Below, piece after piece: positions 29,101-41,254 of a DNA stretch of 44,740 nt. The stretch lies in contig JALAGF010004138.1 in NCBI GenBank assembly GCA_030167865.1, forward strand, positions 1 to 44,740, given 5' to 3'. The translations under genes were made by a program, and so were the position numbers. The notes beneath the pieces were generated by a model. That model did no database searches and was not told the origin of the DNA. It was given only the letters and a program-made list of their open reading frames with translations. Position 1 is the first letter of the stretch; each line of letters opens with the position of its first letter. The DNA comes from Craspedostauros australis. Lineage: Eukaryota.

Positions 29101-32100
29101 ACGAACTAGATGGTCAGGATACTGCAAAGCAAGACGGAATGAAGCAGTCAGCGCATACCTTGTTGGTGTTCGTGGAGAAGGTCGTTTGGCACATGAGGGG
29201 TCTGCGAAAGAAATTTCAAGGAAGTGCTCGTAAGTTGGAACGTGTGATAAAGAAGGCATGGATGGATGTATGAACGAATGAACGAATCTGAATACATGAA
29301 TGTCTGCGTCGTTGTGCCAAATCATGGTGGAAACGCGCCACACTATTGCGCCGTAATATTCGGTTCACCGACCCATCATGCGTTGCTCTGCTGATACAAC
29401 TGTGTACTCCATTGCCTTGCCCAAGCCTGGCATTGAGCGTTGTCACCATCTTTTGCATCATGATGCCTTGTTCACATCTGACGGAACTGCGTCGCATCAT
29501 TCTTGTTGATCATGCTGCCTCGGACACTGGTTGGCTGAGAGCAGAACGTCAGAAAGCTCTGAATCTCCACCAGGAACGGAGGCTCCCAGACAATCACTCA
29601 GAGGAGGTCGCCTTCTGTGGCCCAACAGGCATCGGGGTGAATGGGAGAGCCATCGGGTGCATGCCCTTCATGACAGAGCTCGGAGTGACTCCGCAGATTG
29701 TCACAGGGTTACAGCGGGACCTCAGCATCATCGCATTGGAACTGGCGTCATACAGTGGCAAAGAAGATGCTGGAGTGAACAACACTGTCGAAATGCTCTC
29801 CAAGTTGATTTCCAGGTTCGATCTCGCCGTGAAGAATCCACAGTAAGTCAATGGTTGCTCGATGATGGCGCTTGATCGGTGATTGTGTATGGTACGAGAG
29901 GGGAGCTCATGACCTTGTCCTTATTGTTTGTTGCTCGCCCTTCTTGGATACTACCAACACAAATCACATCCATCAACTCACAACGTTTGGGCTTGCTCCA
30001 TCAACTTCCGCCATCAAACATCATCACACCGTTCATCTCTTTCACCAAAACAGACATTACTACATGCTATACGAGATGAAGGCAACGGTGAACATGGACT
30101 ACGCCTGCATGTCTGAAGCGGAATGGGTTGCGCACAACAGGAAGCCTCACCGCGGAAAGCGACAGACTAAGTACCAAGGGAAGTCTCTCCGACAAATCCC
30201 ATTCATCAGCCCACGCACGGAAGCCAATCCGACCAGAGTGGTTCCTATCTGCGAGCTCTGCAAACGAAAGAACCCAACCCAGGCGGCCGTTGCACATGGC
30301 CTATTCTGCGACGGATCGCGACCGCAGTGGGAATCGCGGTTGGTCTTCCGATTGCTGTCACCCGGGATTCTGATGCGACCCTTGGCAGCTCAATGCCGAT
30401 CAGTGATCCTAGCCAGCGGCTCTTTGGCGCCGATACCATCTCTTTGCGCAGAACTGGATTTAATACGTCATCACAGGCGTGGTGCTGCTCCAGGTGTTCA
30501 AACTGCCACTCCGCAATATGCTCAAAGAGCTGGTGCTCCTGGAGGAAGAGACGAGCGCACAATGTCATCACCCGCAAGACGAGCAGGTGCTGCGGTGCCG
30601 AATGGAGTCAAACACGAAAGCGGAGTGGCCAATGGCCTGCCAGCATCACCCCCACACACGAACGCGCAACGAGAAAATTGGCTACATCGTTTGCAACTGA
30701 CCCCTCCACCGTTGGAAGCCAACCATGTCATCGACAAACATAATCAGTTGCTGGCGGTTGGCGTTGGTCATTTCCCAGATGGTTCGCGGTTGGCGTTTAC
30801 GTATTCTAACTACAGACAGCCTGGATACTACGAACGTCTGGGCCAATCCATCGCAACCATCATTGAAAGTATCCCCAGAGGCGGTGTGCTCATATTTCTG
30901 CCATCGTACAGCGTTCTCAAACAATGCGTGAGGTGTTGGAATCCAAACGAACCTGGTTTCGAAAACAACAGATTCGATGGATACAGCAACAGGAATCGAT
31001 TTCGCAGAAGAAACGGCAACAGTCAATACAACCGTCGCGCCACGGGGTTGTCCAATGTTTGGGGACGCTTTCAGGACGCAAAAAGATGTGTGATCGTCGA
31101 ACCGACGGGGAGTCAGGACGATTTTGAAAAATCCCGGGATGAGTATTCGAGGTCCATCGAGCAGACCGGCGAGTGCATCCTGCTGGCTGTGTACCGCGGC
31201 AAGATGTCCGAAGGCATCTCGTTCAACGACGATTACGCACGATGCGTGATCTGCGTTGGTATCCCGTACCCCAACAGGAATGATCGGTCCATCTCAGCCA
31301 AGCAAGCGTACAACAACGAACAGAGGAATGTCTGCAAAAACCTCGCCCTCCTCTCTGGCAGTCAATGGTACGCGCAACAAGCATACCGGGCGGTCGCGCA
31401 GGCGCTCGGACGATGCATCCGTCATGGTGCAGATTACGGCGCCATCATCCTTCTCGACCACCGCTTCTGCGACGACGGCTCTCCCAACGGAGGCATCTGC
31501 AGCCAACACCAGGCGCTTCCGAAATGGATGCGCTCGTCCATCCGGACGCTATCGCCACGCCAAAACTTTGGTCAGGGCGCCAATCCAATCGTCGGTGGGT
31601 ACGCAGGACTACGCAAAGCAATCGCCGCATTCTTTGATCGCGCCCCCAGGCACTGCAAGAAAATCCGCGATCAATGGGAGTCGGATCAAAGTGGAAGCAC
31701 CCAACCGGCAAGCAGACCAACACCGAATGGTGGTGAACATGGAATCGTCGCAACTGCAACTAGCGCCGTTGCCGCCGCCGCAGCAGCAACTGCCATATCC
31801 ACAACCGTTGCGACGGAAACTGCAAGTCCAGGACCAGGCAGTTCCCAGCCAGCAGTCGACGGACGCAGGGCAAGCTCGCAAGCCGCGGCAATCGAGAAGA
31901 TGATGGCAGCAACTGCAAGGGTAATTGCAGCACGACCAGCGGGCAGTCCCAACAGCATCGCCGCTCTCGTGGACGCAAGGATCCGGCCACCTGCGATCAC
32001 CCAAGTAGGCGGCGACGAAACAAATGCACCGTCGACACCAGTCTCAATGCCAGCCTCGATGACGACACCAGAGACGAACCGCAAGAAGATTTTCAATCCG

Positions 32101-32118
32101 TACGCGAAAGGTCCTTGA
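26120..32118 (+). CDS. XPD-family Fe-S DEAH DNA helicase, FANCJ(BRIP1)/RTEL1-like, with extra Cys/His and PDZ-like domains, 4 exons
   Basis: Exons 26120-27846, 27983-29229, ~29545-29842 and 30054-32118. The third-exon acceptor is the least certain. Motifs: Q-motif WPYPKMMQPQ, ESPTGTGKS, YCSRTHSQ, GSRDRLCIN, DIEDLVTFGK, CPYY, APYNYLLDP, LDEAHNIED, LASGSLAP, LIFLPSY, RGKMSEGISFND, GIPYPN, RAVAQALGRCIRHGADYGAIILLDHRF. Confidence 0.92.
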
Positions 32119-32180
32119 ACGTGATTGATGAATCATCATGACCTTTTTGGCACACCCCGTCTCAATTGAGCATCAATGCC

Positions 32181-32232
32181 AATAGAGAAATAGAGAAATA
32201 GAGTAATAGAGAACATAGAAATAGAGAGAGAG
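32181..32232. repeat. Degenerate (AATAGAG)n purine-rich repeat in the 3' flank of the helicase
   Basis: aatagagaaatagagaaatagagtaatagagaacatagaaatagagagagag read directly. Confidence 0.75.
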
Positions 32233-32808
32233 ACTGAACAGGAACAGCGTGGAAAGTTGCTTTACCTGTGGAATTGCCGAAACACATCCGAAAACGTGAT
32301 CTCTAGACATGACAACGTAGAAAAGCACGCTACGATTGAACACGGGACTGCTACCAATCAGCAATCCTGTCTTTGTCACGACAATAAAAGGGCTAATAAT
32401 GTACCTAGCGCTCCTTGGATGGAAGGGGAAGAGCTCAAGTCATCATGATCTGCGCGAAGGCGAAAACATGACCGAATGCAAACATCCAAGCACAAAATGG
32501 ATGCAAGATGAAGTTGTTCCTCTCTTCAGGCGTCTGCCATGTCAGCGTGCCATGGAGCATGCCACGGATGCGCATGCGGCATGGGACATCGTGATGGTGC
32601 GAGATGTGCAAGAACTGGGTCATCACACATAGAATACTCGTACATGCCATACTCTGCCCGCAAGCTTCCCGCTGTGACTTGGCTTGACTTGCATTGATCA
32701 AGAAGTTGAGTTGTGCGTTCACACATCCGCGAAAGCCAAAGAAGACAGACATCGATCCAGCGCGCTTGTGCATACCCCCGATCTTGCGGTGAACTGGAGG
32801 AAGGAACG

Positions 32809-35800
32809 ATGAGTGAGATCACGGATGAGAACGACGTTGCTCGCAAGCAAGGGAAGGAGGATGGCGATGATGCTCACGTGGGTGCAGGCGACGAGAACGC
32901 TGCATCTGATGGGCAGAATGTGACCTCCCACGGCGAAAAGGCAACCACAGAACCTGCACCAGGAGACCACAAAACGGACGAACAGGAAGACAAAAGCGAG
33001 CGCAGCGAGAGCAACAACGACGACGCAGGTGAGATCTTCGACGCAATCAATCAGAAGTACACCAAGGAAACTCGTCACAGCGCCCCACAACAGACCATGG
33101 ATGCGCAGCAGCCAGGTGAAGAGATCCAACATCCAAGCGCCCATCAAAGGCGGCGCGTTTTGATGGAACGCATGGCAACAAAGCCGGCCGGAGTTGGCGC
33201 GCACTCCGTCGCCGGGTTGGACGACAAGGTGCAATCCAAACTGAAGCGGTCCTTCGGAAGCTCCACGTCAAGTCCCGCGGCTGCTGTCGATGCAGCAAGG
33301 CAGCAGCGGCATGACGAATTGGCGAAGCGCGTCGAGAGGGATGCCCGGGCGAGCACTCCCGGGGCAACGCAAGTGACTTCAGACGATGCAGCGGCGAAGT
33401 ACGCTCGAAAGGTCGAAGGTCAACTGCAAGGACGCTCTTCCGCCGCTCCATCACAATTGGTCGGCGCTGTTTCCGTCCGCGGACCGGCAAAGACTTCCGC
33501 AAAGCAGGACCCAAAGAAGGATTCAACCAGCAACCAAGTTTGGATCAACAGTCTGCTGGATGAAGACAATGGTCGCAAATCCGCCGTGGGAACGGTCACG
33601 AGGTCTTCCATGGAGTTTCAGAAAAAGGCCGATGGTGCTTCCGACGAGAAGGCGGGCATGCGACTGGAGCCTGCTGTTGTTGCCACTGCAAGCACCTCGA
33701 TGTCGGCGACCAAGACGTTGGGACTGGAAAAGGGATATGGGTCAGCATCCACGGCCAATGGAGGCGGATTTTCCCCACAAGGCATCAACAATGGTGCCCC
33801 AAAGCCATCTTTATCGAGTTCAAGGAGCACAGCCACAGACCAGCATAACGGGGGCAACGTGGAGGACGAAAGTGCCACGGTTGCGGACACGGCGGCCACT
33901 CCACACAGCAACGATGACGACATCATGACCAACATCGATATCCATACTACCGTCGGTGCACACGCGATCGCAGGAATCGATTCCCACAGCCACCAACGTG
34001 ACGACGACTACGATTTACAATCCGATCTCGATGCGGCAGACGACAACTACGGCAACAGCAATTACAATGGGGACGATCCAAGCCTCGCAACAACCCCGGA
34101 CGGAGGCACGGTCCTTGTGGCAGCACGCGCGGTTGAAGAAGACGAATTGGCGGGTCTGCAAGACTTTCGTCATCAGCTCCGATCGGAGCTCGATCAGGAG
34201 CGTAATCTCATGGCGGCTGAAATCCGCAGGGAGGTGCAACGCGACATCCTCACCAATGTTGTTGCCGGCGAAGTTGTTCACGAGGTTCAGGAAGTTCATG
34301 ATACCGATGATCCGATAGGGAATCGGAAACCGGCGAACGGTGACGCCGCAATGTACGCTCGCGACAATGACGTTGAGCAGGGCGATCGGGACATGGAGAT
34401 CAAGGTCAAAGACGCGATCTCGCAACGAACCACGAAGAACAGGCGAATCATCGCCGTGCTGAGCTGCCTCGTGATTGCCGTTGCCGGTGTCCTCGCGGGC
34501 ATTTTCCTGGGTCAGTCGTCTGGCAGCGACGGCAACCCGGATTCAGGACAATTGCTGTCGCCTGTGCAAGTGCCTACGGAGGTGCCGACAGAAATGCCAA
34601 CCAAGGCGCCGACGGAGAGTCCGTCGAACCAACCCACTTCTGCGCCAACTTCGCGACCCACATCCATGACGCCATTCGGCGACACGACGTTGCCCCCCGT
34701 GAGCGCTCCGGCGGCCTTTGATATGTTTGAAGAAGAAGCGCAACTGCTTGCATTCGGCGTGTCCGGAAATTTGGTGCTCGAAGAAGACACACCGCAAAGT
34801 GCAGCCCTGAACTGGATCATCAACGAGGACAGAGACTTCTCGTCCACCTTGCGGTCCTTCGACTTGAGGGATAGGTACATCGTGACCTTGCTCTACTTTT
34901 CTCTCGGGGGTGACGGATGGATCGACTCGATGGGATTCCTCACGCCGCGACCGATCTGTGAATGGAACGTTCCTGATCCGAACATCGAAGACAACACGTT
35001 CGGGTTCGTCTGTCCCATTGCTACTTCAGACGTCTGGCTCACCTTGACAAGCAACAATCTCACTGGGACCATCCCAGAGGAGATTAGATTCTTGAGCCTC
35101 GCTGTTATCGATCTACGGGACAACAAGATCACCGGCAAGATCCCACAGGCGGCCGGAAACTTGAACAATCTCGAGTGGATCTTACTGTCTGACAATGACC
35201 TTACGGGCATTATCCCTCCCAAGGTCCCGAAATTGCCAGATCTGATCGCCTTATTTTTGGAGGGAAATCGATTGAGCGGTAGTATCCCCACCTTCAACTA
35301 CGAGAATCGAAATTTACGTCGCGTCCAACTGGTAAGTCGTCAGCATGTTTGCTGAGTGTTCGATTGGGCCCAAGATTGAATGTGACAGGCGTGGAAGCGA
35401 GTGAAATGAATTCAGCATTCGTTCGAGTGCCACCGTTTGAAATGTAACGAAGTGAAGCCAAATCCTGACATCACTCCATTCGCTGCAAACCCACTTGTAC
35501 ACCTATCCCGCGTCTGCTTGGCACATTGTGATCACCAACCCATCGCCAACCACATACTACGCTGTGCTTCAGTCTCAACGCAATTGCGGCAAGCTTTCCG
35601 GCAACATCGAGACCATTCTAGACTCCATTCGCGGCAGCATCTTCGAAGTCCTCAGTGGTAAGCGCAAACGACAGTCGATTCTGGCGATTCGCTTGACCGT
35701 CTCCCTGCCAATTGAAGCAGCGCAGGGGCGTTGCTCAGGCGTACCAATAAGTACCACCCTCGCAACCTTTGATCGATACTGACAGCTTTTGCACCGTTCC

Positions 35801-37246
35801 GTCGCTTCTTTGATGAAACATGAAATGTTTACACGGCATCAACAATGGCACCATACTCGTATGGTACAAATTGATACACGCACACACACATTGATGAATG
35901 CAGTCAATTGCGCCGACTTGACCGGCACCCTTCCACCAGAGGCATTCACGCGTTTGTCCAACCTCTACTATATTGACATCTCCAACTCAAGAGTCAGCGG
36001 GAGTATCCCGACGGAAGTTGCAGCCTTGCGACGGCTGGAGTACCTGATTCTGAATGACAATGATTTATCTGGTCCCATACCGTCGAAGTTGGCCATCTTT
36101 GGGATCATGCAATCCATCCAGCTCTCCAACAACAGACTGTCTGGCACCCTGCCAGGGCGCTTAAATACTCTCGATCGCCTGGTCCGATTCGAAGTGCAAG
36201 GCAACTCGCTGAACGGGACGGTACCAGCTTTTCCTGTCTCCTTGGATTCTCTGCAAACCATGAATCTCGTAAGTTGATACAACTCCCGCGCGCGATGTGA
36301 TGTGTCTGTTCATGAACTTGTGCGTGCGCGGCAGGTGGGATTAACAGCGCTGCATTTCATGCACTCCGCCACAACAGCGTAGAATACTCACATCTGCGTT
36401 GCTTCTTCTTGTAACTCTCCTGCTCTGCCGTTGCATGCATGTATCCATTCGGTTGTTCTACATTCCATTCTCAATCGATTTTCCACCATACATTATACTT
36501 GCGTACGTCAACTGTGCAGCAAAACGAAGCTGACAACAACGACTTCGTGTGGATCGTTGAGAACTTCTTGCGGGCAGGTAGTCGCAAAAATTTGCAGAGC
36601 ATCCAATGTAAGTTCCGTGTGCTACCACCATCGAACCACCCATCCTACTGCTGATACCTGTTCGTTCATGTGTGCCTTCTCCCCTCCATCTCCGGCTCCA
36701 GGTCTGCCTTTGACTTCTTGTTCTGACCCTGTTTTCCTAAATGGCTTTGTTAATCATTCACTCCGGTTTTAATTTCGGGCAACCATCTGCTCTCCCGTCA
36801 CAGGCAGCAATTGTCGGCTGAGAGGATCGCTCCCGACATACATCGGGGACATGTCACAGCTCCGATACCTCCATCTGACCAACCGAGTTGACGAAGGTCT
36901 CACCGGAATGATTCCACCAGAGCTCAATGCTCTGGAGTTTCTGGAAGAGCTTCACCTCTCCCGTAACTCATTCTCCAATAAAATCCCCACCGGATTGGGA
37001 CAGTTGACTGCCTTGACGCAGTTGCGGCTTGATGACAACAATTTTACAGGCACCATCCCTGCGGAAGTGGCCACCCTGGCCAGTTTGAAAGTTCTGGAAT
37101 TGCAGAACAACCCAAGCCTCGGCGGAGAACTGAACAGCGCAATCTGCGATCTCACGGATGGCTCGGCCTTCCGCTTCGTGTACCTATCGGCTGATTGCGG
37201 AGCGAATGATCGTGTGCCATGCTCGTGCTGCACAGAATGCTTCTGA
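32809..37246 (+). CDS. Diatom-type single-pass membrane leucine-rich-repeat protein (receptor-like, no kinase), 5 exons
   Basis: Exons 32809-35331, 35573-35657, 35904-36268, 36520-36607 and 36804-37246, all GT-AG and phase-consistent. Disordered N-terminus with repeated (P/V)GA-x-x-(V/I) motifs, TM IIAVLSCLVIAVAGVLAGIFLG, PTxxP stalk, TPQSAALNWI...RYIVTLLYFSLGG...CEW cap, plant-type LxxNxLxGxIP LRRs, and a C-terminal DC...CSCCTEC cap. Confidence 0.9.
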
Positions 37247-37440
37247 ACAAGGACGCCATGTCAGGTCCATGCTCGTCACGAGACGAGTAGTCTGGAGGAA
37301 TGCGACAATACTAGAAACCAACAATTCGATGACACATTGTCATAATACAATAGGTAGTATGGTTGACCAAAACTGACGTGAAGCTTTTCGCAGTTCGATG
37401 TACCTTCCTCCACACTCGTTGTACAGGGACAGGAATCCCT

Positions 37441-39829
37441 TCATCCAGTTTCCGTACCAGTAAGATAGGACACGATGCCGTGGTGACCCTCATCGATCGC
37501 GAGATCCAAGGGCCTCTGGCCGGAATCATTGGGAATACTCGCGTCCACTCCAATCTTTGATGTGACCATCGCCATGACGATGTCGCGGCCTCCCTTCCTG
37601 CAAGCACAATGTAAGGGCGTCTCGCCGTCGTTGTTCTGCAAATTTGGATCGATGCCTTGAAGTTTCAATAAGCGTTGCACCATGACAAGGCGCATCGTCT
37701 TCGCGGCGCGATGCAGCGCTGTGTCGCCCTGCTTGTTTCGGAGATTGACGTCGATCTTCACGTTGTGCGGTTGGATGAGGAAATCGAACATGTCCTTGTT
37801 GCGTCCCTCGCATACCTTGTGAAGCATGGTGTTGCCCTCACGATTTGGTATGGTGGCATCGACTTGCTCGGAATGCGCGTAGCGTTGCAGGGCGTGGATA
37901 TTGTCCACCTTGTGGCCGTAGTGCAGCGGGGTGTTGCCGATATTGTTCTGGACGTTCGCAGGATGCTGGGCCGATTGGATGAGCTGATCGATGACATCGC
38001 CGCGCGAGATGACCGTGGATCGGTTGATGTTCCTCTGTGCGACGACCCTCGTTTGGAGCTGGACGAAAAGCTTCGTGAGCCAGATGTCGTCATTAACGCG
38101 CAGGAAGTAGCCGTGTTTGCAGGCGACATGATAACTCGTGTCGCCGTTATTGTTCTGAATGTTGGTATCGACACAAGCTTTGTATGACCGCGTGAGGTAT
38201 GCAACCAACCGCCGATGCATATTTGCGCACGCCAGATGGAACGGCGTGTTTCCATCGTTATCCTGCGCGTTTGCATCAACGCCGACGTGGTCTGTCTCGA
38301 TCAAGTATCGGGCCACGTCCAGATGTCCCCAGCGACAGGCAAGGTGAAAGGCAGTGCGCCCGCTTGCATTGCGGATGCTGGGATCGGCAGCGATGTCGTT
38401 TGATTCGACGAGACATTGAACTGACATGGCGTGTCCATGCTGGCACGCGAAATGAAGAGGCGTGTCTCCGTACTTGTCCTGAATATTGACGTCGATCTCC
38501 TTCCGTTTTAATTGGGTGAGACGTTGCACGATGGTTCCGCATCCATACCTGCAGGCGATGTGCAAGGGCGTGCTGCCGTTGTTGTCACGGAGGTTGAAAT
38601 CTACGCAGGATGTATCCGATCCGATCAGGCACTCCACCGCCAAGCCCTGTCCGTACGCGCATGCAATATGGAGCGGAGTCTTGCCGTCGGCATCTTGAAT
38701 ATTGACATCTACGGCGATGCTGGAGGAGTTGTATTGGATCGCGTGGCTCAGCACACCGCAGTCTCCGTCCTGGCATGCGAAATGCAGCAGCATTCTGCCA
38801 CTGTCGTCCTGAATGTTGACATCAACGTCCACCTGATCGGATCGAATGAGGAACAGGGTTATCGCAGTGAAGCCTGCTTCGTAGGCATACTGAAGCGGCG
38901 TTTTGCCATCATCGTCTTGCGCGTTGACGTTCACATGGAGGTCGTGTGACTCCACCAGATGTTCCACCACGCAGATGTGCCCGCCTTGGCACGCCTCATG
39001 CAATGGCGTCGCTCCATTTCGATCCTTCTCGTTGACATCGACAGCTTCCGTCTCCTTCGAAAGCAGTTCATGAACTTTCCAAAGCTTGCCTGTTCTGCAC
39101 GCCTCGTGCAGCGGAGAATGATGCTGTTCGTGGAGCATGTCGCAATCCTTCGTGCTGTGGTATGCTATGCGATGTTATGGTATCGTACTGCGATATACTG
39201 CGATACACTGCGATATACTGCGTTGCACTACACTGTGCCTGCGTCGTAATCGTTTTTGTTCGCTTCGTGGGCAGAGTATGCGAGAATTATGTACGAGTAT
39301 GGTTGGGATTGAAGGCATGAGTTAGGTTGATGTCAGCAAATGTAAGGCAAGGCAAGACAACGCCCATGCAACAGACAATCGTCACCCTGTTGTTCTCTCT
39401 GCAGATCTTTCCGAAACACACTCTATCACAACGAACGAGGACCGTCGCTCACGAAGGCGTGGAGGAAGATGCACAAGGCTCACCTTGGCGTGGTCAGGTA
39501 TTCAGTGATGGAAAGTAGTCGTACAATAATGCTCTGCTGTAGTCAGAAATGAGAGTTTGTGTTGTCTTTCTCGCTGTTGCCACGAAGCTGCGGGGAGGAC
39601 GATGATCGAAGGCATGACAGAACATGACAGGACACATGACACAGAGAGGTGGGCGAGGTTGAAGATCCTTTTTTCGTGCATCTCGCCACTCTCCTGAGTG
39701 CATCTTCAAGGTGGAAACAATAACCTCGCTCACCTGGTCGCATCGAGCGGTTGGTCGTGAGATGTCGCGTAAGACGATGAACACGTTTGGGCCTTTTTGA
39801 TCTGAGGAGGAATTTCTCTCGTGTGCCAT
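37441..39829 (-). CDS. Ankyrin-repeat protein (about 14 repeats), probably with two small 5' exons
   Basis: The main exon (39154-37441; ATG at 39138 is in frame) is built of G-x-TPLH-x-AC repeats with DVNIQD linkers. Candidate upstream exons 39829-39734 and 39536-39484 both end in GTGAGC donors and splice in frame. The ankyrin call is secure, the 5' exons less so. Confidence 0.85.
39186..39222. repeat. 10-bp tandem repeat (ACTGCGATAY), about 3.5 copies
   Basis: tactgcgatatactgcgatacactgcgatatactgcg, just upstream of the ankyrin main exon on the minus strand. Confidence 0.8.
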
Positions 39830-40537
39830 TGTTACAAGCGAGATATCACCTCGTCGAGTCGGGTCTTGTTTGGACCTATTTTCTTGGTTTTGATTGGTCA
39901 AGCAAGATGCTTGATTCCCACGACAGCCCTGGCTGCACGCAAACACGAGAAGCATCGCGTGTGCGTTGTGTCCTTGTTCGGGTTGCTTCGCTTCGCCTTT
40001 CTCACTCCCTCCACGACCATGTCTGCAGCGATGTTCTTTCTGTGCGTGTCCAGCACAGAGAGAGGGTCCTTTTCATTTCGCGTTGATGCCAGCATTCTTC
40101 GCGCTCAGAGGCACAGAGATGGGTCGATTGTGTTCTTTGTGCCGTTCTGTCTCCCCCACTGTTCTCGTTGATGTTCTCGTTGACGCTATCACTGGTGTCG
40201 TGTGCTTCTTCGTCAGCTCTGCGCGTTGCCGTTGCATCCAACATCCTTCTCTTCGCCACTCTGCCTCCAAACCAATACCACCGCACATAGATTGAGCAAA
40301 CCATTGGTGTGCTTCCAAGCAATCTTGCAGCTGACATCGTTTCTATCTTGACCATCAACATCGACATCACCATTGTGCACACGACGCTCGCACATCACGC
40401 ATCACACATCACATTCTCAAGAATTCGACAGCCATCGTCACAGGCAGCACATCAAGCTTCTCTGGTTTCGAGCCAACAACCACCTTCTCTCTGATCATCG
40501 CACAACGAACACAAACACCTACACGAACACTGTGAGA

Positions 40538-41254
40538 ATGAGCGCATTCCTCCCGTCGTTGTTCCGCCAAGCGGAGCAGCAGATTCCATCCCGCTCGACT
40601 TATTCCTTCCCGCAGCATCAACCACAAGATGACGGAGGGCATAACGTCCACATCTCCTTCTGCGGTTCTGTTCTCGCCATCATGGTCGGTTTCATCATTC
40701 TCGAAACCTTGCTGATGGCCGTGGGGTCCGTCTGTCGATGGTGCTTCCGACCCGGCAACCTCGAGGATTACGGGTGGGTGTTTGATGATGAAGACGCACT
40801 CATCGATGGCCATGATGGCATTCACATGTCATCCTTGATCCACACGGCAAGGTCCGGATCCAACATGCACTTGGACAGCAATGGAAAGACGCGAAGGCGG
40901 AAAGTGCACATCAACAACCATCCACAACCTCACACCATGCCGCAGGCGCACGAAAGTAGCAGCAGCGTCTGTTGTGTCATTTGTCTCGACGAATTGACGA
41001 GCGCATCCACGGACGTCGTCAAGTTCAGCAACTGCTGCCAGTCTCTGTTCCATCAGTCGTGTCTCCAACAATGGCTGCGATCCCGCTCGGAGTGTCCGTG
41101 CTGCAGGCAACCTGCTTCGCAGTTTGAAGACGCAGATGCGCCTGGTGTTCTCCAAGGGAGGCAATCGGTGCTTTCCAACACAATGCGGTGGTTGAACCCA
41201 AGGAGCATGCTGGAGGAACGGGAAGATCTGTTCTGTCTCTTCACGCTGCGGTGA
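40538..41254 (+). CDS. Membrane-anchored RING-H2-like (ATL-type architecture) putative E3 ubiquitin ligase
   Basis: ATG at 40538. Hydrophobic segment SFCGSVLAIMVGFIILETLLMAVGSVC. RING: CVICLDEL...NCCQSLFHQSCLQQWLRSRSECPCCR. Confidence 0.85.
   Translation: MSAFLPSLFRQAEQQIPSRSTYSFPQHQPQDDGGHNVHISFCGSVLAIMVGFIILETLLMAVGSVCRWCFRPGNLEDYGWVFDDEDALIDGHDGIHMSSLIHTARSGSNMHLDSNGKTRRRKVHINNHPQPHTMPQAHESSSSVCCVICLDELTSASTDVVKFSNCCQSLFHQSCLQQWLRSRSECPCCRQPASQFEDADAPGVLQGRQSVLSNTMRWLNPRSMLEEREDLFCLFTLR

Noticed and set aside
32400-32700. CATG/TGCA-rich intergenic stretch suggesting a decayed repeat
   Set aside because: No terminal repeats or restorable reading frame found by eye, so there is too little evidence to call it.
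37441-39138. Regularly spaced nucleotide repeats (about 110 bp period) that might look like an array
   Set aside because: Fully explained by ankyrin-repeat coding. The units are degenerate and translate in frame.
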